DNA of 64,000 nt from Eledone cirrhosa (GCA_964016885.1 OZ024746.1:42966001-43030000); one strand, 5' to 3'; counted from the stretch's first letter, positions 17,405-30,910 are shown. Notes: generated by a model from the sequence alone, not told the origin. A program made the numbers and translations.

Positions 17405-18254
17405 GTGTCATAATTTTTGTACACTATATTTTACACTTTAGATGAAAGAAAATAATTGCAAAGGGAATAATGGTACCTAATCAATATATTGATTTAATAT
17501 CTCCTTGATAGAAATATTTTTGAGGGTAATGGAGAAAAGTATTATTTCCACCCACATTGAAATGACTTTGAATATTTTAAAAATATAGAACATATAAAAA
17601 ATTGCAATTGATATAATATTAAATACAATATAGATATGAAATAAATATTAAATTTATTCTAGTTGAACAGTTAACTATTTACACATGAATAATTTCATAT
17701 ATAATTCTTTTATAAAAATCATTAAGGAATACAATAATTTGACTCTTAAAATATCATTTTCTTGGTAAGCATGACACGATAATAATTTCAATAAAAATAT
17801 TTTCAAAAATGTAAAATTATTATAAATAATCTGTGTAAAGAAGCTTCTTAACTCATTTTACATGAAATCATAAAAAAATACCAGAAATAAATTCATCTGA
17901 TTCAAAAGAAGAAAAGATGTTTGAAAGATGAAGAACAGATCAACTATACATAAAGATGTGTATATGATAAACAGAATATGTGGCAAAGACCTGTTTGAAG
18001 AGCAATATCTGCTCAAAGTCAACTTTCTCAGCATGAATTCTTGAGGAGTGAAAAATTAACTAGGACAATTTTGATATTTGTATATTTAGTTATGTTATTT
18101 CAATGAAAATAAGATAAAGTCATGGAGTTTTTAACTAAATCCTTCAGTTCTACAGGCCTAAATCTTTTTTAAGCAATATATGTTGTCTAAATAATGTTTT
18201 CTGTGTCGGGGTTGGGGGGGTGTGTGTTTGTGTGTGATCTATATATACCACTCA

Positions 18255-18485
18255 CTGTTCAAGGGTCAGTCTGGTTTGTGCTCATAGCTGACAGGATGAA
18301 GGAGACATTGTTCCAGAGGGTAGTGAAGGAAACATGCTGGAAACACCATTCCAGCTTGCGGGGCTTGCTCTTGCATGTAGCCAGCTCTTCCCTGATAGAC
18401 GTGAGTGTGGATGTGGTCTGGGAGCCAAGAAGTCTGGAAGTCTTCACTGCCACAAGCTCAATCACAAACCTATCAGAGAGTGGCT
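18255..18485 (-). mobile_element. CRE-like REL-endonuclease C-terminal fragment
   Basis: ELVAVKTSRLLG...IREELATCKSKPRKLEWCFQHVSFTTLWNNVSFIL resembles PhAVET.G...EPRE..WL.QRIShAh.RGNA..IL; second copy at 58495-58760. Confidence 0.7.
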
Positions 18486-18659
18486 GATAGAGTTATAGAT
18501 TCTTAGAGAAATCCTATAGGTAAGGCTGTAGAAGTAGCATTTCTTATCACATTTACGATCATGTTAATCTCTAGTAGACTAATACATTTGGTATAGACAT
18601 AACATATATCTCATACTATCTATTCAAAAGCTTTGCATCTTACTACTAGTACTAATAAA

Positions 18660-19700
18660 AAAGAAAGAAAAATTAGAAAGGATCATTGGACTAAAGGACT
18701 ATACCTATCACATTATCATCTTAAGAGAGACATATGTAGATGAACAAAAACAAAGATAACAGACAGCAACTGAAATAAATTAGAAAACGTATGCAGCTTT
18801 ATAATAAACAGTAGAATGGTCTGGGAATTAGAAAACTCCAAAAAGAATATGCACAAAAATATAAAACAAAAGAACCAACCATATATAAATACGATAAGCT
18901 CCCATTAACCATTGAAGGCAGCACAACAGAACCGACCATATACAAAATAGATGATGCTAAGAGTATAATGAAAATAAAACAACAGAACCGACCACACAAA
19001 TAATGGATAACCCCTCACAATACAGTGGAAATAATATATCGGATTTGACTACACAGGAAAAGCACAAAATAAACCATCATAGCAAAAAAAGAAAAACAAA
19101 CACAGAAAGAAAAAGAAAAAAAAACCGCAACAAATATATAATAATGACCACACATGAGCACATGTACATAGAATGATTTGAATACCTAACCTCAGGGAAA
19201 CAGTCTCAACCCACACTTTGAAACAAACAGAATTATCCCATATATAAGAATAGAATAAACAGAGACAAGTATGAGGAACATCTAACAGAAACAATAAACA
19301 AAATAGAACTGATCATGACAAAAGCAATTCTCATAAATCAATGAAAACACCTACCAAAGTTAATAATAAATAAACAAAGCCTGATAATAATAGTCAAATA
19401 CAATCAGACCTCTAAGAAATCCCTTCAATAGAAACAAATCTGAACATCAATGAGTTAAATAACTTAATTTACGCAAAACCAGTGCTGTGTCAAGGGAAAC
19501 TCTGTTCAAAACTAAAAGGGAACATTACTTCTCTTCTCATCCAACTCTACTGAAAAACAAAGGGAGAAGGAAAAAACACTAATATACAATATACGTTAAA
19601 AGAACTGTAAAAGGATTTATTCTTATTCAGAAGAATAGAAAGACAGTTAGGGATAATACAATGTATGAGAACATGTACAAAACAACAAAACAAAATAACA
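18660..19700 (+). mobile_element. Probable N-terminal remnant of an R4/Dong-like ORF (A-rich, with internal GAACCGACCA subrepeats)
   Basis: RKDHWTK and NINELNNLIYA motifs; strong A-skew. Confidence 0.5.
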
Positions 19701-19710
19701 AATGTAATAT

Positions 19711-19888
19711 AATTGTTTCTACTTTAGGCACAAGGCCAGCAATTACCCAGTGCATTACTGGTACTTTATTTTATTGACCCCGTAAGGATGAAAGGCAAAG
19801 TCAACCTCGACGGGATTTGAACTCAGATCGTAAAGGGACGTAACTATAAGCATGATGTCTGACCCTCTACCGATACTGCCAATCCACC
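19711..19888 (-). mobile_element. tRNA-derived SINE, near full length
   Basis: A box (TGGCAGTATCGG), B box (GAGTTCAAATCC), core GCCTTTCATCCTTACGGGGTCAATAAAATAAAGTACCAG, tail TGCTGGCCTTGTGCCTAAAGTAGAAAC. Confidence 0.88.
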
Positions 19889-20327
19889 AAAAAGAAGGGA
19901 AATGAAGGAAAAATGAAGACAAATGATCTTGGCAAAGACATATCAGATGGGAGATGTTGAAAACCTTGACTGTTTCTTCCAACAGATTCAGATATTTGAA
20001 AATTAGAAATCACTACTGGTGCATCAACCAAAACATTACAGTAAGAGATGTGTTAATAACAAAATTCAATTATAACTAAGAGAAAATATAGAGTTGAAAT
20101 GTAGAGTTGAAATATAGAGTTGAAATGTAGAACATAATAATAAAGATATATAATGAATAAAGAAGGACAGGAAATTTCAGGGAAGGACCAGGTGATATCT
20201 GAACTCATAATACTTCATCTTTAGATCCTCAGCCTGTCGACTGGATCATAAAATATTTTATATAACACCACTCATCCCCTGGACCAAGTGCTCTACCTAC
20301 TTGAATATCTATTACGAAATTCAACTA

Positions 20328-20372
<45 letters not shown>

Positions 20373-21639
20373 GTATGTTAAAAAAAGTAACAATAGCAAT
20401 TGTTATGTACGTAGATAAAAATAAATAAATCATCATCATCATCATCATCATATAAAAAAGATTTTAACATAGTTTAATGTGGATTTTCTGACTTGAGTAC
20501 GAGTAGGTATATATTTAAACTATACTGTTAAAATAGGAAATGTATAAATACATAAAATAGAAAAAAAAAGATAAAAAATCTTATCATAGAATATGATACC
20601 GTTTGGGATGTTTGTAGGAAAAACCATCTGCAAGAGGTTTACAGAATTAGGGAAAGTTAAAAAGGATTGCTTTATATAACCATCTTCATTTTTAAAGGTT
20701 CAAATGCTTCAGAAAACCAATTAAGACTCTATGATGACCAATGATACACTGAAAGGAGGGTGGAGATGAAGGAGCCATGTTCTCTTCATTGACCCTTCTT
20801 CAAACTAAGACTGTTCTACCATGTCCGGCATAGACACCTTAACAATAATATTAAGTTGAATCTAGAAAAAAGCAATACTCTAAATCGACCTGGTGCCAAC
20901 AGTGATTTATATAAATTATTTCTACGATTTTTAATATTTCAGTAGATCTATATTTTTTTTTATTTTCTACAATTAGATATAAGCTCTAGACAATTAATAA
21001 ACTAATCGACAATCCATTGTATAGAGATTACCTATCTGCACCAATGAATTTGTACATATATTAGCTTGTTGTCAGTCTTCTAAAATTCAGCTGTTATAAT
21101 ATTTTATAAATTATTCAATAGGGAGACTTCAGTGGCCCTTCTAGTGGTTTGTGAATAAGTGTATCTTCTACTTTTTTTTTTAAATATATAAATTGTGTTT
21201 ATTTGTATGCATTCTATTGCATTTTTAATTACATTTTCCTCAACGTTTATGCATTCTAAACAATGTTGTGCAGCTTGTGAAAGTGAATCTACTGCTATTT
21301 ATCAAGTTTATAGAGATTTTTCAACTTACCAGAAGAGTAGTTAATTAATAACTTTTCTCCATATCTCATATGAATTAGCTGTCACTCAGCTCATCGTTTG
21401 GCAGATATAATTAAAAATGTTTCTTTCATTAGCTGTTTACTCTTTTCTCTTACCCTTGCTAATACTTTAAGTAGAAAATGTTTGTTGATTTAACTAAGAT
21501 TCCTTTCGTTTTTTTAATCTAAAATACCTATATATATATTGTTCAAAATACATTTATATCATACCGTTAAAAAATGCCAGTGTTGTTTGATTTCTATAGA
21601 GTATGCATTTGTAATAAATTATTTATATATATATGTAAA

Positions 21640-21878
21640 TGTAGGTCACGGCAAAAGGCATCCAGCCCAAACTGTAAAGTGTTTGTGTAGGTGTTATGAC
21701 AAAAAGCACCCTGTACACACTGTAAATATGATTGGTGTTAGGAAGGGCATCCATCCATCCATAGAAACCAAGCCAGAATCAGTTCTGTATGAAGAAGACA
21801 GTCCCGTGATCTGACTCGTCTCACAGTGGGACACCTTGTCTAACCTGGAAAATGGATGTTAAGTGATGGTGATGATAT
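21640..21878 (+). mobile_element. RTE-associated SINE-like module (AAGGGCATCC family) with (GAT)n tail
   Basis: Similar to 32450-32716. Confidence 0.75.
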
Positions 21879-22914
21879 AATGATCCTCATTGTCATCTCT
21901 TTTTACATCAACATTTCCAAACTAACATGGGTTGAACTGGACGTTTACAGCTGGATCCTATTCCTGACACCAATCTTTTTAGCCTCATCTTATGATATGC
22001 CTAGTGTTATTTGAAGATTAAGGTGAACTTATGGCAGATGTTACTACCCTTATTAAATTCAAAATTTTAGCTGTAAATATATATTTTGCCAATCTTTTGA
22101 AAATAAATGTGCTTATGTTTTTGTGTATGAATAAACATTGCTACAGAAATGCTACATATAGAATATAGAAAACATCTGAAATTTCAAGATCATTTGTTTC
22201 GAATGATGCTTTTATGTGCAAATATTTGTTATTTTATTACATCCACAAACATGTATTTTGGGTGACTGTACCACCCACAAAAGATGTGGGGGAGAGGAAT
22301 CAATATTTATATAAAAGCATTTTGTAATGTCTCTGATGAGGCTGTATTGTTAGTATATTAACAAATGTGTGTGTGCTTGCCTGTGTTCACATTACCCCAT
22401 TTTCTTTATTATTTATAATGCTGAAATATTGTTACTGTCATAATGGGACAACTACATTATATATATATATATAGTAGAGAGTTGGGCCTGATGGCTGAAT
22501 CAGGGCCTGATGGCTTAGTCAGGGCTTTCTGCCAGCCTAGAGATATCCATGGTATATACATGGTATAAGGGGAATCAGGGACCAAGACCAGTAATTGATT
22601 TTATTATTGCCCTAATTTCTTCGATTCTGTGCTGGATGTCGATGTTAAGAGAGGAGCTGAGCTGTCACCATCTAATTATCTTAAGACAGTTAAGTTTCAA
22701 TTTATATTTTTAAAGGTAAGAAACTTATTGAATATTATATTGAATAGTCAACTAAGTAAGTTACAATAGAACTACAGTTAATCCTCCTGCATATATTTTC
22801 ACTGAATTGTGCAATAAGCACTCATGTAAATTTTTCATTTTCTGTTTTAGAGAATTTCTTTTGATTTCTGTTTCAAACATTGGAAATTATGATCGTAGAA
22901 AACCAGTTTGGATT

Positions 22915-23170
22915 ACTGTTAGGGTCTAGACTCTAGAGACTAGTATTTGTGTGTGGAATTCAGGTTATGTTTAGGGTTTGGGAGTTAAAGTTTAGATTTA
23001 AGTATTAAGGTTATGATTATAGTTTGGGGTTTAAATTTAGAATGTATAGTGTTAGCTTTATGATTTAGGGTTAAGGTTATGGATTAGAGTTAGGGAAATG
23101 GTATACAACTAGGATGTAGTGTTTAAAGTTAGGAGTTAACTTTATGGTTAAGTTAGAGAATAGGATTGAT
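22915..23170 (+). repeat. Degenerate TTAGGG/GTTAAG-like hexamer tract
   Basis: GTTAGGG, TTTAGGG, GTTAAGG and GTTAGGA units. Confidence 0.7.
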
Positions 23171-23654
23171 TAATATCTAATTTATGATGATGCCTGTGGG
23201 GAGGCATTGTTATTGTAGTGCCATAGCCTTGTTATAGCCTGTGGGAAACACCAGCATACTTCTTTTTTCACAATTTTTTATATCAATTGTTTATATTTGT
23301 ATGCATTTATGGAAATATAAGTATGTATCAGCCGTACTAAGAGTGAGAAATGAAATTTCATTTCATTCTTTTTCCATTTATGGAAATGTTTCTGCAAAAT
23401 CTTAATCTCCAATGTTTAAAACAGAAATAAAAAAAAGTTTCCAGAAGAAAAATAATACATATAAAAACTATAGGGTGAGAATGGAATTCAACAAATCTGT
23501 CTTAATTTTCAATTAATTTGCTAGTAAAATTTTCCTTTTAGGCATTCTTAATCAATCCAGTACTTTTAAGATCTTGTGCTATTTTTTGTAAAGCATTAAT
23601 AAACTGAAGCCATGCCAAATATTAAGGTATTAAGGCAAGTTATATATATATATA

Positions 23655-24660
23655 ACTTGTCGATGTGCCCGATGTGCCATACGAACTGTTGCCTATGCAC
23701 ATACGTCGTGTATAAGATAGAATGTAACAAGTGCAACCACTACTATATAGGTAGCACAATCCGGCCGCTACACATCCGGATCAAGGAGCACATTAACACC
23801 AGGGATTCGTCTTTCCGGAAACACATAACCAAATGCGGAAACAAAGACGGAAGACCCATTGTCACAATTCTAGCGACAGAAAGAAACGTCGGCACATTAC
23901 GAATCAAGGAAGCACTTTGGATCAAACGCCTAGGGCCACAAATAAATAACCAATCCGAGAGAAGCGAAATGAGGTGGTTGGTTTAAGTAAACAAACGATG
24001 CAGCAACACACGCACACACACACACACACAAGCGAGACAGCAACACACACACACACACACACACACAGTAGCATTCCACCATAAGGACATACTACGCTGC
24101 TAATACAGACGAACGAGGCAACAACACACGCACACACACACACTCAAGCGAGACAATAACACACGCGCACACACACACACACAGTAACATTCACTAAACA
24201 GGCAGAGAATACTATCACAACCACACACTATTCAATAGGGCAGATAATACAATGGACTGACAGCTAACGCCACCCCACTCCCACAATTGAAAGAACTATT
24301 TCGGCCGCCGACCTCTGCTGACCGACCCCATTTCACGCGCGCTCTGCTGAATACCTCAGATATTCAAAACAACGAACAGCGTAGGACACATTTCGCATCT
24401 TTCCCCCCACCCTCCCGGAAAAACCCCCCAGTTGATGGATATGAATCCGAAATATATAGGAACAATTAAATCTCTCCCAAGGTAACTCAATCTCGTGTTA
24501 TTATTTTTATCCTTTACGTTCTTTCCTACATTCTTCTACACGCTACACATCTCAACCTACATTCAACCTACATCTCTCTCTCCACCACCGGATCTTGTTA
24601 CCCGGAGATTTACCCATCTGCATTGTTGAGGCTTCCAAAATGACCTAAAGAAATATACCA
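23655..24660 (+). mobile_element. Penelope-like element 3' fragment: GIY-YIG endonuclease + pLTR-like UTR
   Basis: CLCTYVVYKIECNKCNHYYIGSTIRPLHIRIKEH...LRIKEALWIKRLGPQIN, open to the stop at 23986. CpG-rich; duplicated (CA)n blocks; flanked by (TA)n. Confidence 0.9.
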
Positions 24661-24807
24661 TATATATATAGTGATAATAATAAATTTGAAGAGGGCTCGA
24701 TAAGGATAAATATATATCAAATATATAAACCGTAGAGCAGCGATTCTTTGCTTAAACTTTAATCTGTTATTTTAATAAATAAATATATATATATATATGT
24801 ATATATA

Positions 24808-24896
24808 ACATCATCATCTTCATCACAATTTAACATCCATTTTTCCATGGTAGCATGGGTTAGACGAGCTGTCTTGTGAGACAAGCCAGATTCTGA

Positions 24897-24897
<1 letters not shown>
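24808..24897 (-). mobile_element. SINE-like module 3' end with (GAT)n tail
   Basis: Reverse complement reads GTCTAACCCATGCTACCATGGAAAAATGGATGTTAAA. Confidence 0.7.
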
Positions 24898-24930
<33 letters not shown>

Positions 24931-25064
24931 GTTCAATCAGTTGGCAAAAATGTAATTCAAAGGGCCAGCCCTGTCACATTTTGTGTCACACTGAATTTCC
25001 TTTGAGTAGATGAGGCTTTGGAATGCTCAACCATTTGCACATTAATTTTATGAGCAGGCTATTC

Positions 25065-25446
25065 TAATGATCATGTGCAAAGAGTATGATGCTGCATGGT
25101 AGTGAACCATGGGCTGTGACTACAGAGGACATGCATAGACTGGAGAGAAATGAAGCAGCCATGCTACATTGGATGTGTAATGTAAGTGTGAGAGAAAGGC
25201 AAAACTTGGACAAGCTGAGGGAGAAGCTGGGTTTAAGAGGAATTCCAGTAGAAGGAAGCCGCAGTAAAGGACAATCCAAGAAAGGCCAGGGCAGAGGTGG
25301 TGAAAGCTGACATCAAATTGCTAAGGCTGGCAGAGGGGATGACAAATGAATGTGACAAGTGGAGAGATACCTTGTTGAAAAGGACCCATCCAACCCATGG
25401 AAGCATGGAAAAATGAATGTAAAAAATGAAGATGCTGATGATGATA
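25065..25446 (+). mobile_element. RTE LINE 3' fragment (internally deleted)
   Basis: MLHGSEPWAVTTEDMHRLERNEAAMLHWMCNV; (GAT)n-like tail. Confidence 0.85.
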
Positions 25447-28400
25447 TGAATGGAAACATCAAAGCAAGCAATACAGTATAGTGAAGATTTATACTAGTTT
25501 AATATATAGTTGGATATAGTAGGACACTAATCCTTCATCAGAAGATAAAAGTAAAAATAAAGGAAGAATATAAAAAATAATGTGGGAAATAAATGGAAAA
25601 ATAATTCAGGAAATAAATGGAAAAATAAAATTTTCTGGAAAGGTACGTGTGTTAAGCCAGTCATTTTGGGGGAAATGTTGGTCAGTGGGTATCTTATGTA
25701 TTAGATCTTAATATTTTTTGAGTGAACATGTATGTGTATGTGTTGTTTTGTTTGTTTGTCTGTCTCTGCAAATCTATGGATGTGCATTAGACCATAATAT
25801 AGCTGGCTGCTGTAGAAGTTTGAGTGTGCGCATGTGTGAGCTGAACAACGCTAGGAGGTATACCTATGTGTGGAAAATTCTTCATACACACAGAAAAACA
25901 CACGTAGAAACAGCCACAAGGGGTTGTAGAGAACAAGAGCCAGTGGCAAACATGATGGTATGACTGAAAGAGATACCATATATTGTCAGGTATGATGATA
26001 TAGTGTCACAACTGAAAACAGCTGAACTACAACACATAATATGTATGCATGCATATATATGTATAAAATAGGGTTTAGAATGTTAGAAAATGACTTAGGT
26101 AAAAAAGACATTGCAATTTGAAGGTGTTGCAAAAATGGATAGCAGCTGAAGTAAACAAACAATAGTTTTGGACATATAATTGGTTATTTGAGCATCATGT
26201 TCTTACTATCACCCATAGAAAAGCTGTGTTGATTTGCCTCAGAAATTATTAGATGGCAAACTCCAGTTCCCTATATTGTGTGCATATCTTCTCTCCCTTA
26301 TCTTTTTAATATATAAATAAGGCTTATCTAAACGCTGTTTATCAATAAAGAACCTTATATAGCAATTATAGTTTGTGTAAGGTATTAACATATCTGAAGG
26401 TATATAAGGAAATACTTTGGATACGATAACTCTGACAGTAAATATAATATCAAAATTATCAAAAAGCTTTAAAAGTTCAATGTAGCAAAATGTATGTGTT
26501 TGGAGTGCATATTAAGTAGTATTTTGACAATACAATTTTGTATTTCTGAATAGCCCAAGGAGACTAAAAGTAACTAGTGTCTAATATGATTTTTAAGTTA
26601 CATTTAATTTCTGTTTTTATTTATTTTTGCTTTTAACTCCTACATCTGCAAAAATAATTTTAAACATAAATATATTATTTCAATTTATCTCCCACCAATT
26701 TTATAAACTTCCTGCAGATGGCTTTCCCAACCAGCATTTGATCTGATGCAAAGGCTATCATATTCCAGATAAGTCTTTTTACTTTCTTTTTGCTTTCCTA
26801 ACTTTTATTTTTCCTATATTAGCAATATAGTTTAAATAGCATGTGATATTCATTTCCACCGATTATTCTTAAACTATGATACTTTTATAAATTTATCTGT
26901 TTATCTAACCATTGGCTCAATTTCCTATAACAGCTATGAGTTATTTTATGTATGTAATCCATATACATACAATACTATAAAACAATATTAGCTAATTTCC
27001 ATCACAGTAATATTTAATTCTATTTTACAGGCATCATTCAGTAGTTAACATATTTTAGTTGCCATTTCTCTCCATCTCTACATTTATTAACTTAATTCTT
27101 AAATGTTAGATACTATTCTCTTATACCTAAATTCAACCAAAGACTTTCCTCACCATTACCCTACTTGAAACAACTCTGATTCATTTACTTATAATTTCCA
27201 TGCCAGCAGTCGAAATCTATGCCATTTCTAAATTAATAATTGGCTTTGTTTTTACCCATATCCTCAATGCTGAAGGTTGGGGACCATGGAGAGTAGCACC
27301 AATGCTAATCTATATGATGAATTGTCCATAATTCTCAAAGCACTGGTTAACAATTTTCTGAAAGATTAATAATACTTATATAGTATGTAACTTTCTAAAT
27401 ATTGTTAACCAGGACTTTGAGAAACTCACAAATTGAATCAGTTTTGTTGTCATCACAAATTAATATGTATTCATTATACTCTACTAAACCAAAAAAGAAA
27501 GAGGTAAAAATAAATTATATAAATTATATAGTGAAAGTAAGGAAAATAGGGGGAGCAGCAGACTCTGGGCAGTATACATCCTGTGCTTTGTTGAGTGTTT
27601 TTAGAATGTGTATGTGTGATTGCATGTGTGTGTTGTGAAACCATGATTGTCTTCAAGTAATATCATCAATAACATGAGAATACTTACGATTTAGTTTTTA
27701 TGTTCATATGCCAACTCAGGTGTATCAAGTATTACAAATTGTAAATGTGTACTTACCTAAAAATATAGAAATATATGAGAATATTGAGTCATTAAATATT
27801 AACACCAAAACTTTTAAAATAAAGATTCTAATTATTTCTTCTAATCTGTAACCAACACAGATTTCCTACATTTATCATTTATGGTGTATAATTTATTTTT
27901 GGTTAAAAACCATGGTTTTTAGTCTAGGAACATATGATAACCATATTTTCTGATTGTAAGATATTACATTTTTACCATGAGCTTTAGATAGTATACTTGT
28001 CTGAAAAAAATCTTAAGTTATTAACCTAGAATCATAAAGTTTGATAAAGAATTTTATTCAAGAAAGCACCTGTTTTGAATCTTCATATTACTAAAATTAA
28101 AAATTCACAATTCAAGTTTTAAGAATTATTTATCAGGTTACAGATAAGCTTTGATAAGTAAATTTTTAAGTGTTCATGTTATAGAATCCTCTCAAGTAAC
28201 AAGTTAAGAAAAAGCAAATATGGCAAAAACCTATTCAGATTTTAATACAATAATATGATCCAGTTTGTCTTTCACGATAACTTTTCCCTCAGGAAGTGCA
28301 GATATTGACACAGAAAAATTGCAAGCAAGTTTGGGTTGTTATCCAGCTATGAACTTAATTAAATATTTCTTATGCATACTAATATTTTTCTGAACTGCAT

Positions 28401-28877
28401 TAAAATAAGAAAAAAAATAATCACACATATGTCATCATCATTATCATATGACAGCTATATATTTTATCACAACACCAACAATAGTATAAAGAACACAATA
28501 TTTTTTTAGGTATGTGGTTCCAATGATATAAGATGAATGTTAGACAATGCTACAAAGAACAAAGTAATATAGCCAACAGGCTTCTCGAGGCAGCAGAATA
28601 TAAACTGGTATTAAATCTCCTTATTCAAATAGTTACATGCTATTAAAGTTGAGAAACATAGCTGTGGGCTGTGGGATTAAATCTGCATAAAGGAAAATAT
28701 TGAAAATTAATGGAAGCGTAAAGCTTCTAAATTTTATAACATTTAAAGATAAATAAGATGAATAAATGTGTAAATCACTTCGAGTTTCTATAAAAATATG
28801 ACCTACAAAATATACCAAATATAAGGTGTTCAAACAAATAATGAACACTAAATAATTGCTGGTATGAATAATCATAT

Positions 28878-29190
28878 TTGGTGGTAAATTGGCAGAGTTG
28901 TTAGAACGTTGGATAGAATGCTTTATGGTATTTGTTCCAGCTCTCTGAGTTCAGATCCCGTCAAGGTCAACTTTGTCTTTCATCCTTTCAAGGTCGATAA
29001 AAAAGTACCAGTATAATACTGGGATCGATTCTTCCTCCATATTTCTTTCTCATTTTCTCTCTCACTTTCTATCTTTCTCTGAAAGAAATATGCTGTACTC
29101 AAGCCTGGAGAGGGTTTTCTGCCAGGCTCAAAATGCCCAAGAGATGCCGTATGTTAATACAGCACCACTAAGGCTGTTATGGGACCATAC
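28878..29190 (+). mobile_element. tRNA-derived SINE with alternative long 3' tail
   Basis: Head and core as in 19711-19888; the ~170-nt tail is shared with 57876-58207. Confidence 0.8.
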
Positions 29191-29265
29191 ACATACACAA
29201 TCGTATTCAAAGAATTAAATACATAAATTTACTAAAAATAAATCAAAACAATCGTCATCTGAAAA

Positions 29266-29477
29266 TACATTTAGTATTTAAACTGGCAATATCTAGTCAG
29301 AATTCTCTAACCACTTTCTGTTCAAACCAGCTGTAACTGGCTGCTCATATTGATGTTGAAGTAAATGATATCAAAATCTCATAGATTCAATATTATGTGA
29401 GATAATTATGTAAGATAAAGCTTTCACCACAAAAATACAATAATATATATAGAGTAATGTAAATGCTAAAGGGTTAA
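29266..29477 (+). mobile_element. piggyBac-like MITE (left TIR degraded)
   Basis: Ends TAAATGCTAAAGGG|TTAA; an inverted second copy lies at 54316-54515. Confidence 0.7.
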
Positions 29478-29939
29478 ACAATTAATTGAAATATTTGTAA
29501 TTAAAAAAATGATCCAATCAGTTATTAAGAAAGGAAACAATATTTTCATGGCCCAAACCAAAATGTACCATGCTTGTTCTGCCAGAATTCGGAAATGCAA
29601 TTTAAATACATGCACACAGAAAACATATGTAAAATAATGTGGTTTTGCTGTAAAATATTACAAAGAATCAGAAGTCATTTGAATTTTCTCAGTGAGAATA
29701 GGTCACAAAATTAATGATTTTTAAAAGACCATGCTCTCCGAATGTAGTGTGAGTTGTCTTGTATTCGATAAGTTTTAAGACAACAAAGTTATTGAGATGA
29801 TGCTGTTGAAAGAGATTAGGGATGAAACAAGCAGAGTTTAGAGGATTTATTACTCATTTGCACAAATGAATATGATGATATTAATAAGTTTATATAAAAT
29901 TATACATATTATTAGTACAGATTATTTGCTCTACCAGCT

Positions 29940-29973
29940 TATATATATATATATATATACATACATATATATC

Positions 29974-30013
<40 letters not shown>

Positions 30014-30071
30014 TATATATATATATATATCTATATATATATACACATATATATATACATATATATATATA
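29940..30071. repeat. (TA)n microsatellite
   Basis: Read directly from the sequence. Confidence 0.95.
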
Positions 30072-30229
30072 AATAAATATACACGGGTGTGTATGATTGT
30101 GTATAGAAGATTATATTAATAAAGGAATTCCAGCTTTGTCTGATTTACTCGTTTTATTTACAATCCTTTAAAATTATAATGATATTATAATGAAATAGTA
30201 TGGTAGAATATTAAGTGTTAAATGTTAAT

Positions 30230-30268
30230 TGAACAAGTACTTTCATGCTTTCGCAATCTTCAGGTTCA
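30230..30268 (-). ncRNA. Minimal type-I hammerhead ribozyme motif (PLE type)
   Basis: UGAAC-CUGAAGA-U-UGC(GAAA)GCA-U-GAAA-GUAC-UU-GUUCA: 5-bp stem I, conserved core, GNRA-capped stem II, palindromic stem III. Confidence 0.65.
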
Positions 30269-30559
30269 TATTCAGTGGTGACAGTCAAGTTTGCAATTTT
30301 CAACTGTAATGAGATGGATAAGATCTGTGCCTTATATACAGTAAAAAGGGGCTACAGAATGCTAAGTTTTGCAAACTGTATTTCGACCAATCAGTGTGTA
30401 GTTTCACTAGATTACTAAAGCTGATTGGTTTAGGCGTCACGGTTGGTTGAGCATGTCTAACAACTTCTATTTGACCCTATCCAAAGCATCAATTGTTTTG
30501 CTATTTTTAGAAATGATGAAAATAGCATTTTCTAGGGTTTTTATAAAACATCTTCAGTA

Positions 30560-30770
30560 ATCATCAACATCAACAACACTTTTATTATTATTATTGTTGT
30601 TGTTAGTGGTGGTAGTCAACATGGTCGTAGCTTGGGTTGTAACTTCAGGTAGAAGGAGCAACGTGAAATAACGTGTCTTGCTCAAGGACATAATGCATCG
30701 CCCAGTCCAGGAATTGAACTGATAACCTCGCGATTGCGAATCTAGTTCGCTAACCAATCAGCCACATGCA
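30560..30770 (-). mobile_element. tRNA-derived SINE (third family) with (AAC/AAT)n tail
   Basis: A box TGGCTGATTGG, B box GTTCAATTCC, then TGTCCTTGAGCAAGACAC. Confidence 0.8.
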
Positions 30771-30906
<136 letters not shown>

Positions 30907-30910
30907 TTGG

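Noticed and set aside
20084-20131. 13-bp tandem repeat (T[A/G]TAGAGTTGAAA x~3.5); considered as CRISPR-like
   Set aside because: No spacers and a eukaryotic context; ordinary slippage duplication.
22333-22445. CTGATGAGGC...GCTGAAA hammerhead-like core with a long stem II
   Set aside because: No convincing stem I or stem III pairing; at best a decayed remnant.
22915-23170. Interstitial telomere or chromosome fusion scar
   Set aside because: Too degenerate, in a single orientation, and embedded in a probable repeat element.
30700-30770. tRNA-like A/B boxes here and at 10.6, 19.8, 44.0, 57.9 and 61.6 kb
   Set aside because: These are SINE heads followed by SINE cores; no complete cloverleaf is evident.
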